The notes under the pieces: generated by a model | What the model saw: the letters and a program-made list of their open reading frames with translations, nothing else | Databases searched by the model: none | What the model was told of the DNA's origin: nothing | Shown: piece by piece, positions 19,468 through 30,557 of the stretch | Layout: every line of letters begins with the position of its first letter | Numbering within the stretch: the first letter of the stretch is position 1 | Made by a program: the position numbers and the translations under genes | Origin: an uncultured Thermoleophilia bacterium | GTDB taxonomy: Bacteria > Actinomycetota > Thermoleophilia > UBA2241 | Direction: 5' to 3' | DNA: 64,000 nucleotides | Assembly: GCA_963762125.1 (NCBI GenBank) | Contig: CAVXJO010000007.1 | Coordinates: forward strand, 167,950-231,949

Positions 19468-20244
19468 CTAAACGTCGGTCTCGACCTCCCAGGAGAGCAG
19501 CGCGCCGGCCAGCGGCAGGTCCGCCGGCGTGGTGATCTTGACGTTGGCGGGCGTGGAGGGCACGAGGCTCACGGAGTAGCCGGCGCGCTCCAGAAGCATC
19601 GCGTCGTCGGTCGCGCCGTTGAGTTCGGTGCGCGCGTACACGTCGCGCAGGGCGTCGGCGCGGAACACCTGTGGCGTCTGCGCGGCCCAGAGGCCGGCGC
19701 GGTCCACGGTTCCCGACACCGCGCCGCGCTCACCCTCGCGCTTGAGCGTGTCGCTGACCTCGACCGCCGGCACGGCGCCTTGCGTGCGGCGAAGCGCCCC
19801 GAGGCAGGCCTCGAAGACGTGCTTGGAGAACAGCGGCCTGGCGCCGTCGTGGACGGCGATGACCGCCGCGTCGTCCGGCACCAGGACGAGGCCGGCGCGC
19901 ACAGAATCAGGGCGCGTGGCGCCGCCTTCTGCGACGAGCAGCGGTTTGGCGTCGTCAAAGGCCACGAGTTCGTTGGCGAAACGCACCGTGTGAGACGGGT
20001 GCAGCACGACGACGATGCCGTCCACGCAACTCATGTCGAGCAGGCGGTGCACCGAATGCGAGAGGATCGTCTCGCCGCCGAGCAGCAGAAACTGCTTGGA
20101 CTCCCCATCGGGCAGTCCCATCCGCTGGCTCTCGCCGGCGGCGGCGACGATGACCCAGGTCTCCCCGGCTTGTTGGTCCTCCATGTCCATCCCCTCCCGG
20201 TCAGTCCGCCCGCCGTGGGGCCCTTCGGGCCGGCAGGCGCTCAA
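19468..20244 (-). CDS. ispD: 2-C-methyl-D-erythritol 4-phosphate cytidylyltransferase IspD (likely start MDMEDQQ… at about 20190)
   Basis: WVIVAAAGESQRMG…KQFLLLGGETIL…GATRPDSV. 240-258 aa. Confidence 0.88.
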   Translation of the reverse strand: MSACRPEGPHGGRTDREGMDMEDQQAGETWVIVAAAGESQRMGLPDGESKQFLLLGGETILSHSVHRLLDMSCVDGIVVVLHPSHTVRFANELVAFDDAKPLLVAEGGATRPDSVRAGLVLVPDDAAVIAVHDGARPLFSKHVFEACLGALRRTQGAVPAVEVSDTLKREGERGAVSGTVDRAGLWAAQTPQVFRADALRDVYARTELNGATDDAMLLERAGYSVSLVPSTPANVKITTPADLPLAGALLSWEVETDV

Positions 20245-20277
20245 CAGCGCTCCGTACTCCTCGTGACACGACTAGCC

Positions 20278-21351
20278 CTAGTGCGCAGCCGGCGGTGGAG
20301 CGCTCACGCGGCTGAAGATCATCTTGCCCGAGGGGCTCTGCAGAACGCTGGTCACCTCGGCCTTGACGCGCGAGCCCACCAGGCTGCTGCCCGACTCCAC
20401 GACGATCATGGTGCCGTCGTCGAGATAGCCGACACCCTGGTCGTGCTCGCGCCCTTCTCGCAGGATCTTGACTTCGATGACCTCGCCGGGCAGCACGGCC
20501 GGCTTGACCGAGTTGGCGAGGTCGTTCACGTTGAGCAGCTTGACGCCCTGGATCTCGGCGACCTTCTTGAGCGTGTAGTCGGTGCTGACGATCTGCGCCC
20601 CGGTGTCCTTGGCGAAGCGCACGAGCTTGGCATCGACGGCATCGATGTCCGCGTAGTCGGTGCCGTCGATGGTGACGGCGCCCGAGCTGTTCTGCAGACG
20701 CTTGACGAAGTCGAGTCCGCGGCGGCCGCGCACGCGCTTCTCCGCATCGGCCGAGTCGGCCAGCCGCTGGAGCTCCTCGATGACGAAGCGCGGCACGAGG
20801 AGCTCGCCCTCGACGAAGCCGGTGTCGATGATCTCCAGGATGCGTCCGTCGATGATGGCGCTGGAGTCGAGGAGCTTTGCGGGCGTGAGGCCCGGGATGA
20901 CTTCGAACGCGCCGCGCACACCCAGGAGCCGCAGGATCTCGATGTGCTTCTTGGCGGCAAGATAGGCGGTGAAGTATCCGGCCAGCAGGTAGATAGGCAC
21001 CGTGAGGTACGGACCCACGATGGGGATGCGGACGAGGGCGATGCTGATGAGCGTGGCGATGAAGAGGCCGACCACCACGCCGCCGATGCCGACGACGACC
21101 TCGGCGCCGGTCGCGCGCGCCATGACCTCATCGACGCGGTCGAGGCCGCGGCGCATGAGCCGCGAGATGACGACACCGAGCACATAGCCGAGCCCGAGGC
21201 CGGCGAACGTGAAGACGACCAGCCAGAGGATCTTGCCGTTCTGGTCGAGCGCCGGCGCGAACGTCGACTCGCGGATGCGGGCGGCGAGCTGGTAGCCCGC
21301 CAGGGCGCCCAGCAGGGCGAGCAGCCCGCGGATGGCGGGCTGCAGGACGCC
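20278..21351 (-). CDS. PIN/TRAM-domain membrane protein (YacL-like). The 5' end is uncertain; the long ORF extends to 21465 but overlaps carD.
   Basis: N-terminal TM helices, a PIN-like domain (…LLDSSAIIDGRILEIIDTGF…) and a C-terminal TRAM-like beta-barrel (…GEVIEVKILREGREHDQGVGYLDDGTMIVVE…). It sits in the conserved carD-yacL-ispD-ispF order. Confidence 0.8.
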   Translation of the reverse strand, partial: GVLQPAIRGLLALLGALAGYQLAARIRESTFAPALDQNGKILWLVVFTFAGLGLGYVLGVVISRLMRRGLDRVDEVMARATGAEVVVGIGGVVVGLFIATLISIALVRIPIVGPYLTVPIYLLAGYFTAYLAAKKHIEILRLLGVRGAFEVIPGLTPAKLLDSSAIIDGRILEIIDTGFVEGELLVPRFVIEELQRLADSADAEKRVRGRRGLDFVKRLQNSSGAVTIDGTDYADIDAVDAKLVRFAKDTGAQIVSTDYTLKKVAEIQGVKLLNVNDLANSVKPAVLPGEVIEVKILREGREHDQGVGYLDDGTMIVVESGSSLVGSRVKAEVTSVLQSPSGKMIFSRVSAPPPAAH

Positions 21352-21385
21352 GGCTGGCCGGCGCGGGCGGCCCGCCGGGCCGGGT

Positions 21386-21922
21386 TCAGACGACGGGGGC
21401 GGGCTCTCGGGAGTCGTCGGCAAGAGCGGCTCCGTCCACGTGGATGTCCTCGAGCACGGTCTCAAGGAACGCGTTCGCCTCGTCTTCGTCGAAGTCGCGC
21501 GCGTACATGAGCTCGCTGGCGAGGATCTTCTTGGCCTTGGAGAACATCTGCTTCTCGCCCGTCGACAGCCCCTTGTCGGCGTGGCGGATGGCCAGATTGC
21601 GGACCACTTCGGCGACCTCGAAGATGTCGCCGGTCTTGAGCTTGTCGCGGTTGTGCTTGTAGCGACGGCTCCAGTTCTTGGGCATCTTGGTGGGATCGCC
21701 GCGCAGGACGTCGAGGACCCGTTCGACCACGTCGGATTCGATGACCTTGCGCAGGCCGGCGCGGTCGGCGTTCTCCACGGGGACCATGACGGTCATGTCG
21801 TTGTGCAGGATCTGGATGGTGAGGTAGTCGCGCTGCTGGCCGAGCACTTCCTTCTGCTCGATCTTCATGATCTTGCCAGCCCCGTGGTGCGGGTAGACGA
21901 CCTTGTCTCCGACTGAATACAT
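21386..21922 (-). CDS. carD: CarD-family RNA polymerase-binding transcription factor
   Basis: MYSVGDKVVYPHHGAGKIMKIEQKEVLGQQRDYLTIQ… (RID domain). The C-terminal region is Leu-rich. Confidence 0.88.
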   Translation of the reverse strand: MYSVGDKVVYPHHGAGKIMKIEQKEVLGQQRDYLTIQILHNDMTVMVPVENADRAGLRKVIESDVVERVLDVLRGDPTKMPKNWSRRYKHNRDKLKTGDIFEVAEVVRNLAIRHADKGLSTGEKQMFSKAKKILASELMYARDFDEDEANAFLETVLEDIHVDGAALADDSREPAPVV

Positions 21923-23337
21923 CAAACCCCCCACTCGTCGTTCGTGGCCCCGGAGGCCGACCTGTCCGCGCCCTCGTGCAGGAGGGCGGCGAACGCCCCA
22001 CGCAGATCGGCCGCGCCGGCGGCAGGGCCGCCGGTCTCGCGTGCATCAGCGGCCGGAACGACGATGCGGTCGAAGCCGGCACGACCGGCTTCGGCGACAC
22101 GTCGCTCGCTCTGGCTGCAGGATCGAAGTCCGCCTGTCAGGCTGATCTCCCCGAACACCGCCGCCCCGGCGGGAAGCGGTTGGTCGCGCTGTGCTGAGGC
22201 GACAGCGAGTGCGACTGCGAGGTCCGCCGCGGGCTCGTCGATGCGAATTCCGCCTGCAATTGTAACAAAAATGTCGGAAGTAGACAACTTCAGCCCTGCA
22301 TGCCTCCCGAGGACCGCCACGAGCATGGCCAGGCGGTTGCGGTCGAAGCCGACGGCGACGCGTCGCGGCATGGCCAGCTCGCTCTGGTTCACGAGCGCCT
22401 GTACCTCGACGAGAAAGCAACGCGTGCCCTCGACGGCGACGTGCACGGCGGAGCCGGGGGCAGGCGCCGCCTCGCTCAGGAAGAGAGCCGAAGGGTCGGG
22501 CACCGTCTTGAGGCCCGACCCGGTCATCTCGAAGATGCCGAGCTCGTTGGTGGAGCCGAAGCGGTTCTTGGCCGCGCGCAGCGTGCGGTAGAACCGGTAG
22601 CGGTCGCCCTCGAACTGGAGCACCGTGTCGACCATGTGCTCCAACACCCTGGGGCCGGCGATCGCGCCCTCCTTGGTCACGTGCCCGACCAGGAAGACGG
22701 CGGCGCCGGTATCCTTGGCCAGGCGGAGGAAGCGGCCCGCTGCCTCACGCACCTGGCTCACACTGCCCGGCGCCGACGTGAAGGAATCGCTGTACAGGGT
22801 CTGGACGGAGTCGACGACCACGAGCGCCGGGCGCGCCGCCGCCACCGTCTCGAGAACGAGTTCCAGCTCGGTCTCGGCCAGCACGTCGATGTTGCCGGCG
22901 CCCCTGCAGATGCGCTCGGCGCGCATCTTGACCTGCGCCGCCGATTCCTCGCCGCAGACGAGCAGCGCCGGCCGGTCGGCGGCGACGTTGTCGAGCACCT
23001 GGAGGAGCAGCGTGGACTTGCCGATGCCGGGCTCGCCGCCGACCAGCACGAGCGAGCCCGGGACGATGCCGCCGCCGAGGACGCGGTCGAGCTCGCCGAT
23101 GCCGCTCGAGAACCGCTCGACGGCCGAGGAGACGACCTCGGACAGACGGACGGGGCCGGCGGTTCCTCCGCCGGCCCCGCCTCCACTCTTGACGCCGCGG
23201 CCGCGCCCTTTGGGCGCCGCCGCGACCATTTCTTCGACGAACGAATCCCAGGCGCCGCAGTCCGGGCAGTGGCCGAGCCACTTGGCTTCGCGCCGACCGC
23301 ATTCACCGCACGTGAAGACCGTCTGCGTCTTCGCCAC
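21922..23337 (-). CDS. radA: DNA repair protein RadA (Sms)
   Basis: C4 zinc ribbon (CGECGRREAKWLGHCPDCGAW), RecA-like Walker A GEPGIGKSTLLLQ, KNRFG motif, Lon-like C-terminal domain. 471 aa. Confidence 0.92.
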   Translation of the reverse strand: MAKTQTVFTCGECGRREAKWLGHCPDCGAWDSFVEEMVAAAPKGRGRGVKSGGGAGGGTAGPVRLSEVVSSAVERFSSGIGELDRVLGGGIVPGSLVLVGGEPGIGKSTLLLQVLDNVAADRPALLVCGEESAAQVKMRAERICRGAGNIDVLAETELELVLETVAAARPALVVVDSVQTLYSDSFTSAPGSVSQVREAAGRFLRLAKDTGAAVFLVGHVTKEGAIAGPRVLEHMVDTVLQFEGDRYRFYRTLRAAKNRFGSTNELGIFEMTGSGLKTVPDPSALFLSEAAPAPGSAVHVAVEGTRCFLVEVQALVNQSELAMPRRVAVGFDRNRLAMLVAVLGRHAGLKLSTSDIFVTIAGGIRIDEPAADLAVALAVASAQRDQPLPAGAAVFGEISLTGGLRSCSQSERRVAEAGRAGFDRIVVPAADARETGGPAAGAADLRGAFAALLHEGADRSASGATNDEWGV

Positions 23338-23381
23338 GGTCAGCGGCCTCGGCCGCGGACGCCCGCCGCCGTCACGACCCC

Positions 23382-25949
23382 TCAGGCGCCGGCGGACGCG
23401 CCGCCGGCATCGGGACCTTCGCTCTCGCCGCCGGACGGCGGCCCCGCCGGACCCACGCCCTGCGAGACCGGTTCGTCAAGCCCGACCATCGGCAACTCGA
23501 CACTGCCACCGACGACCTCGCCGTTGACGGTGAGCACGGTGTCCTCGTTCTGCCCGTCGACCAGCACCACGGTGCCCTCGGGGAACGCGCGCTCGAGCAT
23601 CGCGTCGCTGAGCTTGTCCTCGATGTAGCGCTGGATGGCACGGCGCAGCGGACGCGCGCCGAGCATCGGATCGTAGCCCTTCTCGACGAGCACGTCGCGG
23701 CCGGCGTCGGTGAGCTCGATGTCGACGCCGCTCACCTTGAGCTGCTGCCGCAGCCGGTCGATCATCAAGTCCACGATCGCGCCGATCTCCGCGCGCTCCA
23801 GCTTGTGGAAGACGATGACCTCGTCGACGCGGTTCAGGAACTCGGGCTTGAAGACGCGCTTGAGTTCGCCGGTGATGCGGCCCTTCATGTCGTCGTAGGT
23901 CATGCCCTTGCTGGCCGTCTGCGTGAAGCCGAGGGGCGTGTCCTTGGTGATCATGGAGGCGCCGATGTTGCTGGTCATGATGAGGATGGAGTTGCGGAAG
24001 TCCACCGTGCGGCCCTGCGAGTCGGTGAGCCGGCCGTCCTCGAGGATCTGCAGGAGGATGTTGAACACGTCCGGATGCGCCTTCTCTATCTCGTCGAACA
24101 GGATGACGCTATACGGCTTGCGGCGCACGATCTCGGTGAGCTGGCCGCCCTCGTCGTGGCCGACGTAGCCGGGCGGCGAGCCGACGAGGCGGGACACCGA
24201 GTGCTTCTCCATGTACTCGCTCATGTCGATCTGCACCAAGTGTTCCTCGTCGCCGAAGAGGAAGTTCGCCAGCGTGCGGGCGAGCTCCGTCTTCCCGACG
24301 CCCGAAGGGCCGAGGAAGATGAACGAGCCGGTGGGCCGACGCGGGTCCTTGAGCCCGGCGCGGGCGCGGCGGATCGCCTTGCTGACGGCGCGCACGGCAG
24401 GATCCTGTCCGACGAGCCTCACGTGGAGCTCCTCCTCCATACGGAGGAGCTTCTTGCTCTCGGCCTCGGTGATCTTGACCACCGGGATGCCCGTCCACAT
24501 GCTGACGATCTCGGCGATCTCGTCTTCGCCGATGCTGGCGCGCATTCCCTCGTCGCTGGTCTTCCAGGCATCCTCGAGCTCGAGCTTCTTGTGGCTCAAC
24601 TTGCGCTCCTTGTCGCGCAGGTTCGCCGCCTTCTCGAACTCCTGGGCCTCGATCGCAGATTCCTTCTCCTTGCGCACGCCGCTGATCTCTTCCTCGAGCT
24701 CGCGGTAGCTGGGCGGAGCCGTCATCGTGCGGATCCGCATGCGGCTGGCGGCCTCGTCGACGAGGTCGATCGCCTTGTCCGGCAGGAAGCGGTCGCTGAT
24801 GTAGCGGTCGGCGAGCTCGGCCGCCGAGGTGAGCGCCTCGTCGGTGATGCGGATGCGGTGGTGGGCCTCGTAGCGGTCGCGGAGACCTTTGAGGATCTCG
24901 ACGGTCTCCTCGACCGATGGCTCGGCCACCTTGATCTGCTGGAACCGCCGCTCGAGGGCGGCGTCGCGCTCGAGGTACTTGCGGTACTCGTCCATGGTGG
25001 TGGCGCCGACGGTCTGCAGCTCGCCGCGGGCCAGCGCCGGCTTGAGGATACTCGCCGCGTCGATCGCGCCTTCGGCGGCGCCCGCACCGACCAGGTTGTG
25101 GAGCTCGTCGATGAAGAGGATGGTGTCGCCCGTCTCGCGGATCTCCTTCATGACCTTCTTGAGGCGCTCCTCGAACTCGCCGCGGTACTTGCTGCCGGCG
25201 ACGAGCGCCGCAAGGTCGAGCGTCCAGACCTGCTTGCCCTTGAGCAGTTCGGGGACTTCGTGGTTGGCGATGCGCTGGGCGAAGCCCTCGACGATGGCCG
25301 TCTTGCCCACGCCCGGCTCACCGATGAGCACGGGGTTGTTCTTGGTGCGCCGGCTGAGGATCTGCATGACCCGCTCGATCTCGGTCTGCCGGCCGATGCA
25401 CGGGTCGAGCTTGCCCTCTTCGGCGAGCTTCGTGAGGTTGCGGCCGAACTGGTCGAGGACCTTAGCGGCGCGCTTGCTCTCGGAGGCGCCGGAGGCTTGT
25501 GAGCTGCGGCGGCCGGGGCCGCTGAGCGCGCGCATGACTTCGTTGCGGATCTTCTCGGGTTCGGCGTCGAGGTCGAGGAGGATACGCGCAGCCACTCCCT
25601 CGTCCTCGCGCACGAGGCCGAGCAAGATGTGTTCGGTGCCGATGTAGTTGTGGCCGAGACTCAGAGCCTCACGAAGCGCCAGCTCGAGGACCTTTTTGGC
25701 GCGCGGCGTGAAGGGGATCTGGCCCTGCGGTGACTCCTCGCCAGAGCCGACGATGCGGACCACGGCCGCGCGGACCTCCTCGACGGACACTTCGAGCCCG
25801 TCGAGCACGCGCGCGGCCACACCCTCCTCCTCACGGAGCAAGCCGAGCAGCAGGTGCTCGGTGCCGATGTAGTTGTGCTTGAGGGAACGGGCCTCTTCTT
25901 GAGCGAGGACCACGACTTGCCTGGCGCGTTCGGTGAAGCGTTCGAACAT
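23382..25949 (-). CDS. clpC: ATP-dependent Clp protease ATP-binding subunit ClpC
   Basis: Two Clp-N repeats, AAA+ modules ([13 protein letters not shown] and [12 protein letters not shown]), a UVR-like linker and a ClpP-docking loop region. 855 aa, intact. Confidence 0.93.
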   Translation of the reverse strand: MFERFTERARQVVVLAQEEARSLKHNYIGTEHLLLGLLREEEGVAARVLDGLEVSVEEVRAAVVRIVGSGEESPQGQIPFTPRAKKVLELALREALSLGHNYIGTEHILLGLVREDEGVAARILLDLDAEPEKIRNEVMRALSGPGRRSSQASGASESKRAAKVLDQFGRNLTKLAEEGKLDPCIGRQTEIERVMQILSRRTKNNPVLIGEPGVGKTAIVEGFAQRIANHEVPELLKGKQVWTLDLAALVAGSKYRGEFEERLKKVMKEIRETGDTILFIDELHNLVGAGAAEGAIDAASILKPALARGELQTVGATTMDEYRKYLERDAALERRFQQIKVAEPSVEETVEILKGLRDRYEAHHRIRITDEALTSAAELADRYISDRFLPDKAIDLVDEAASRMRIRTMTAPPSYRELEEEISGVRKEKESAIEAQEFEKAANLRDKERKLSHKKLELEDAWKTSDEGMRASIGEDEIAEIVSMWTGIPVVKITEAESKKLLRMEEELHVRLVGQDPAVRAVSKAIRRARAGLKDPRRPTGSFIFLGPSGVGKTELARTLANFLFGDEEHLVQIDMSEYMEKHSVSRLVGSPPGYVGHDEGGQLTEIVRRKPYSVILFDEIEKAHPDVFNILLQILEDGRLTDSQGRTVDFRNSILIMTSNIGASMITKDTPLGFTQTASKGMTYDDMKGRITGELKRVFKPEFLNRVDEVIVFHKLERAEIGAIVDLMIDRLRQQLKVSGVDIELTDAGRDVLVEKGYDPMLGARPLRRAIQRYIEDKLSDAMLERAFPEGTVVLVDGQNEDTVLTVNGEVVGGSVELPMVGLDEPVSQGVGPAGPPSGGESEGPDAGGASAGA

Positions 25950-26170
25950 GCGGCCACTCCTTCACGATACGGAGGCCGCCCGGGTGCTCTGAGGGAACAG
26001 GGACGGCTTCCGGTGCTTGCTCTCAGTCTCCGGGATACCCACTCTCGCCCCGCCGGAGACACGACGTGCTTCTATGGTACCCGATTCACCAGACGACGCG
26101 ACCCGTGGAGCTTGCCCCGCCCGGTATGCTTTGAGTCCTGGCACCGTCCTTCGACGAGAGGAGAGTCGCG

Positions 26171-28328
26171 CATGCGCCGCATCATCACGTGGTCCGTCCG
26201 CGGCAGACACCCCTGGATCGTCCTCGCCATCTGGGTCGTGATCGCCGGCGCCCTCTCCATGGGCCCCAAGATCCAGAGCGTGACCACCAACGACGCCTCC
26301 AAGGGCCTCTCCAACGCCGTCGAGAGCAAGCGCGCCGATGCCCTCCAGCAGCAGTACTTCCCCAACGCCAAGGGCACCCCTGTCATCGTCGTCTACGGCT
26401 CGGACGCGCCGCTCACCGCCGTCGACAAGGCGGCGATCACGCAGGGCGAGGCCTGGCTCAAGAGCGGCGCCGAGCCCATCAACAGCGCCAGCGTCCAGTT
26501 CTCGCCGGACGGCAAGGGGGCGCTCATCTTCGCCAGCCTGAGCGGCAACCCCGGAGATGCAGCCTTCCGCGACTCGGTGCGGGCCATCCGCGACCACTTC
26601 GGCGACACCGTGGGCGGGATGCAGGTTCGGATCACCGGCCCCGGCGGCCTCATCACCGACGTCTACGAGATCTTCCTGAACGCAGACATCAAACTCCTCG
26701 TGGGCACGGTCGTCCTCGTGCTCGTGTTGCTCCTGCTGATCTACCGCTCGCCGGTGCTGCCCTTCGTGCCGCTCATCGCCGTCGGGTTCGGCTACTTCGT
26801 CGCCGGCGGCATCCTCGCGCTCGTCGCCACGGCCACGGGGACGACCCTCTCGGGCCAGGCGACGTCGCTCATGGTCATCTTGCTGTTCGGCGCCGGGACC
26901 GACTACGGACTGCTCCTCATCTCCCGCTACCGCGAGGACCTGCGCCGAGAGGGCGACACTCGCGTCGCCCTCGCCACGGCGCTCGGCGAGACGTGGGAGG
27001 CGATCGCCGCCAGCGGCCTGACGGTGACTCTGGCGGTGCTCACGCTGCTCTTCGCGCAGTACGGCGACTACCGCTCGTTCGCACCCGTGCTCGGCGTCGG
27101 CGTCTTCGTGACCCTCATCGCAGGGCTGACGCTGATGCCGGCGCTGCTCGCGCTGCTCGGCCGGCGAGCCTTCTGGCCGCGGGTGCCGAAGCAGGGGGAG
27201 GAGACCCGCCACCGCTCGTGGGAGCGCGTCGCCGGGTGGGTGGCCGCCGGTCCGCGGCGGGCCGCGACCCTCGTCGCCGCCATCCTCGTCGTCCTGGCGC
27301 TCGGCTGCCTCTTCTACAGTCCGCGTTTCAGCTTCACCGAGGACTTCCTCAAGAACATGCCGTCGAAGCAGGGCTACACGCTGCTGGAGCAGCACTTCCC
27401 CAAGGGCGCCCTGGCGCCGACGACGGTGCTCATCAAGGCGCCGCAGGCGCCGCCCGAGTTCGTCACCGGCATGATCACCGGCGCGCTGAGCAAGAGCCCG
27501 GGCGTCGCCGCCGCCTTCCCCACCGGGACCGCCGACGACGGCAAGCTGCTCAGCTTCCAGGTGATCCTGAAGGGCGACCCGTACTCGAGCCAGGCACTCG
27601 AACAGGTGCGACAACTGCGCACCACGGCGCGCAAGGCCGCGGCCACGGGAGGAGGCGCCGCCCTCGTCGGCGGCCCCACGGCCATCCAGGCGGACACGTG
27701 GGCGCAGAGCAATCGCGACACGATCGTCGTCGCCGTCGCGGCCCTGATCGTGGTGGGCGCGATCCTCACGATCCTGCTGCGCGCCCTCATCGCTCCCCTG
27801 TACCTGCTGCTGACCAACGTCCTCTCGTACCTCGCCGCGCTGGGTGCGACCATCGTCATCACGGAGAAGATCCTGGGGTGGGAGCACATCAGCTACCGCA
27901 TCCCGCTGTATATGTTCATCTTCCTGGTGGCCCTGGGCAGCGACTACAACATCTTCATCACCACACGCATCCGCAGCGAGGCGATGACGCGCGGCCTGCG
28001 GGACGGCGTCGTGAAGGCCCTCTCGGCCACCGGCGGCGTGCTCACCAGCGCAGGCATCATCCTGGCCGGCACGTTTCTGATCCTGCTCTCGCAACCGGTG
28101 AAGGACCTCGCCGAGATCAGCATCGGCGTGGCGCTGGGGGTGCTCATCGACACGTTCCTGGTGCGCACGGCGCTGGTGCCGGGGCTCACGCTGTGGATCG
28201 GCCCGAAGGCCGGCTGGCCGGGGCCGCGGTGGACGAATCGGGGCGCGGCAGGCAAGGCGTCCGCTGCGCGAGCGGACGAGCCACGGCCGTTCGCGGCGGG
28301 AGACGAGTCACTGGGGGACGAGGCCTAG
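26171..28328 (+). CDS. MMPL/RND-superfamily membrane transporter
   Basis: 719 aa: two 6-TM bundles, each preceded by a soluble domain (…LLIYRSPVLPFVPLIAVGFGYFVAGG…, …ALGSDYNIFITTRIRSE…). The longer upstream ORF start is in an unrelated frame. Confidence 0.85.
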
Positions 28329-28389
28329 CGAAAGAGCCGCGGCGAGCGCCCTCAGGGGAGCTCGCTACTCGGCGCCCCCGACGAGTCGG

Positions 28390-29877
28390 CTAGCTGCGCA
28401 GCGCCGGGAAGAGGATGACGTCGCGGATGCTGGGCGCCCCCGTGAGGACCATCACCAGCCGGTCGAGGCCCATGCCGAGGCCGCCGGTCGGCGGCATGCC
28501 GTGCTCCATCGCCTCGAGGAAGTCCTCGTCGAGCCGGTGCGCGGTCTCGTCGCCGTCGGCCAGGTCCTGCATCTGCTGCATGAACCGCTCGCGCTGATCG
28601 TCGGGGTCGTTGAGCTCGCTGAACGCGTTGCTCAGCTCCATGCCGGCGATGAAGCCCTCGAACCGCTCGACGAAGCGCGGGTCGTGCGGCGTCTTCTTGG
28701 CGAACGGGCTGGTCTCGAGCGGGTGCTCGGTGATGAACACCGGCTGGATGAGCTTGGGCTCGACGCACTCGCTGAACAGGTCGTCGACCTGGGCGCCCCA
28801 GGCAGGGGCGAGCGGCACGACGTCCTCGAGCCCCTTCTCCTTGATGCGCTCCTGCAGATCGCCCACTGTGCGCGCGTCGTCGGCGCCGATGTCGATACCG
28901 GTCTCGCTCTCGATGGCCCTGCGCATGGTCAGTCGGGGCCACGGCGGCGTGAGATCGATCTCGTGCTCGCGGAAGGTGACCTTGATGGCGCCGACGGCGC
29001 GAGCCGCCTCGGCGGTCATCTCCTCGACCATAGTCATGACGTGGTTGTAGTCGACGTAGGCCTCGTAGGTCTCGAGCATCGTGAACTCGGGATTGTGCTT
29101 GAAGCTCACGCCCTCGTTGCGGAAGTCCTTGCCGATCTCGTAGACGCGATCGATGCCGCCGATGATGCAGCGCTTGAGGTACAACTCGGTGGCGATGCGC
29201 AGGTAGAGGTCGCGGTCAAGCTCGTTGTGGTGCGTGATGAACGGCTTGGCAAGGGCGCCGCCGTAGAGCGGCTGGAGCACCGGCGTCTCGACCTCGATGA
29301 AGCCGCGATCGTCCAGGAACCTGCGGATCGCGGCGACGATCCGGGCGCGCTTGACGAAGATCTCGCGCGAGTCGTCGTTGGCGGCGAGGTCGAGATAGCG
29401 CTTGCGGTAGCGGGTCTCGACGTTGGTGAGCCCGTGGTACTTCTCGGGCATCGGGCGCAGCGACTTGCTGAGCAGCTGCCACGACGATACGCGCAGGCTG
29501 AGTTCGCCGCGCCGCGTGCGCATCACCGTGCCCTCAGCGCCGACGAAGTCGCCGAGGTCGATGTGCTCGAGCGCGGCGTAGCGCCCGTCGCCGAGGGCGT
29601 CGAGCTGGCAGAAGAGCTGGAGCTCGCCGCTCAGGTCCTTGAGGACGACGAAGGTGAGCTTGCCGTGCACGCGGCGCGCGACGACGCGGCCGGCGATGCG
29701 GCGCACGTCGGGAGAGTCCTGTCCGGACTCGAGAGAATCGTAGGCAGCCTGCAGCGACCCGATCTCGTCGCGCGGCTGGTACTGGGTGGGATACGCTCCC
29801 CCGGCCTCTCGCCAGGCGGCAAGCCGGTCACGCCGTTCGGCGAAGACGTCGCCGTGCTCAGCGTGCTGCTCGTCCAC
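28390..29877 (-). CDS. lysS: Lysine--tRNA ligase (class II)
   Basis: OB-fold anticodon-binding N-domain. Class II motifs (…FRNEG…, …GGLGMGLDRLVMVLTG…). 495 aa. Confidence 0.93.
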   Translation of the reverse strand: MDEQHAEHGDVFAERRDRLAAWREAGGAYPTQYQPRDEIGSLQAAYDSLESGQDSPDVRRIAGRVVARRVHGKLTFVVLKDLSGELQLFCQLDALGDGRYAALEHIDLGDFVGAEGTVMRTRRGELSLRVSSWQLLSKSLRPMPEKYHGLTNVETRYRKRYLDLAANDDSREIFVKRARIVAAIRRFLDDRGFIEVETPVLQPLYGGALAKPFITHHNELDRDLYLRIATELYLKRCIIGGIDRVYEIGKDFRNEGVSFKHNPEFTMLETYEAYVDYNHVMTMVEEMTAEAARAVGAIKVTFREHEIDLTPPWPRLTMRRAIESETGIDIGADDARTVGDLQERIKEKGLEDVVPLAPAWGAQVDDLFSECVEPKLIQPVFITEHPLETSPFAKKTPHDPRFVERFEGFIAGMELSNAFSELNDPDDQRERFMQQMQDLADGDETAHRLDEDFLEAMEHGMPPTGGLGMGLDRLVMVLTGAPSIRDVILFPALRS

Positions 29878-29885
29878 GGCGGGAG

Positions 29886-30365
29886 TCAGGCCTTCTCTAT
29901 GGCCAGGACCTTGAACTTCTTGGAGCCCTGGGGCACGACGACGGAGACCTTGTCGCCGGGCTTGTGACCAAGGATGGCGCGGCCGACCGGCGACTCGTTG
30001 GACAGCTTGTGCGCCCCCGGGTCGGCCTCGGCCGAACCCACGATCGCGTACTGGACCACGTCGCCCCGCTTCATGTCCTGCAATGTGACCTTGGTGCCGA
30101 CGCCGACGACGTCGGTGGTGATGCTGTCGGAGTCGATGACGATGGCACTGCGCAGGCGCTCCTCGAGCGCGTAGATGCGGGCCTCGAGCATCGCCTGCTC
30201 GTTCTTGGCGTCGTCGTACTCAGAGTTCTCGGAGATGTCGCCGAAGTCGCGGGAGGCACGGATACGCTCGGCTACCTCATCACGTTTGACGGACGAGAGA
30301 TACTCGATCTCCTCCTTGAGGCGCTGGAAGCCCTCAGGCGTGAGGATGATCTCGCGGTCGACCAC
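29886..30365 (-). CDS. greA: Transcription elongation factor GreA (GTG start preceded by RBS GAGGAGGA)
   Basis: VVDREIILTPEGFQRLKEEIEYL…(coiled-coil)…ISENSEYDDAKNEQ… plus an FKBP-like C-terminal domain. Confidence 0.88.
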   Translation of the reverse strand: MVDREIILTPEGFQRLKEEIEYLSSVKRDEVAERIRASRDFGDISENSEYDDAKNEQAMLEARIYALEERLRSAIVIDSDSITTDVVGVGTKVTLQDMKRGDVVQYAIVGSAEADPGAHKLSNESPVGRAILGHKPGDKVSVVVPQGSKKFKVLAIEKA

Positions 30366-30557
30366 TGATTCCTCCTCTTCAACGCGGCAACGCGGCCCCG
30401 TGCGGAGCCGCGTGCCGAAGTGGCGAGCAAGTATAGGGCATGCCCCGCATTTGCGCAAACGGAGCGTGATCGCCGTCGACACAGGCTCCAAAGGACACGC
30501 TCGCGTGGCCCCAAGCGCGGGCTCACAGAGACTGTGCGCCAGGCCGCGGAAGGCGCC

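Noticed and set aside
25962-28094. 710-aa ORF (minus strand) and 734-aa ORF (26189-28393, plus strand, alternate frame) overlapping the MMPL transporter gene
   Set aside because: Both are extremely Arg/Gly/Asp/His-rich with no hydrophobic structure. The MMPL frame (26171-28328) shows the expected 12-TM architecture.
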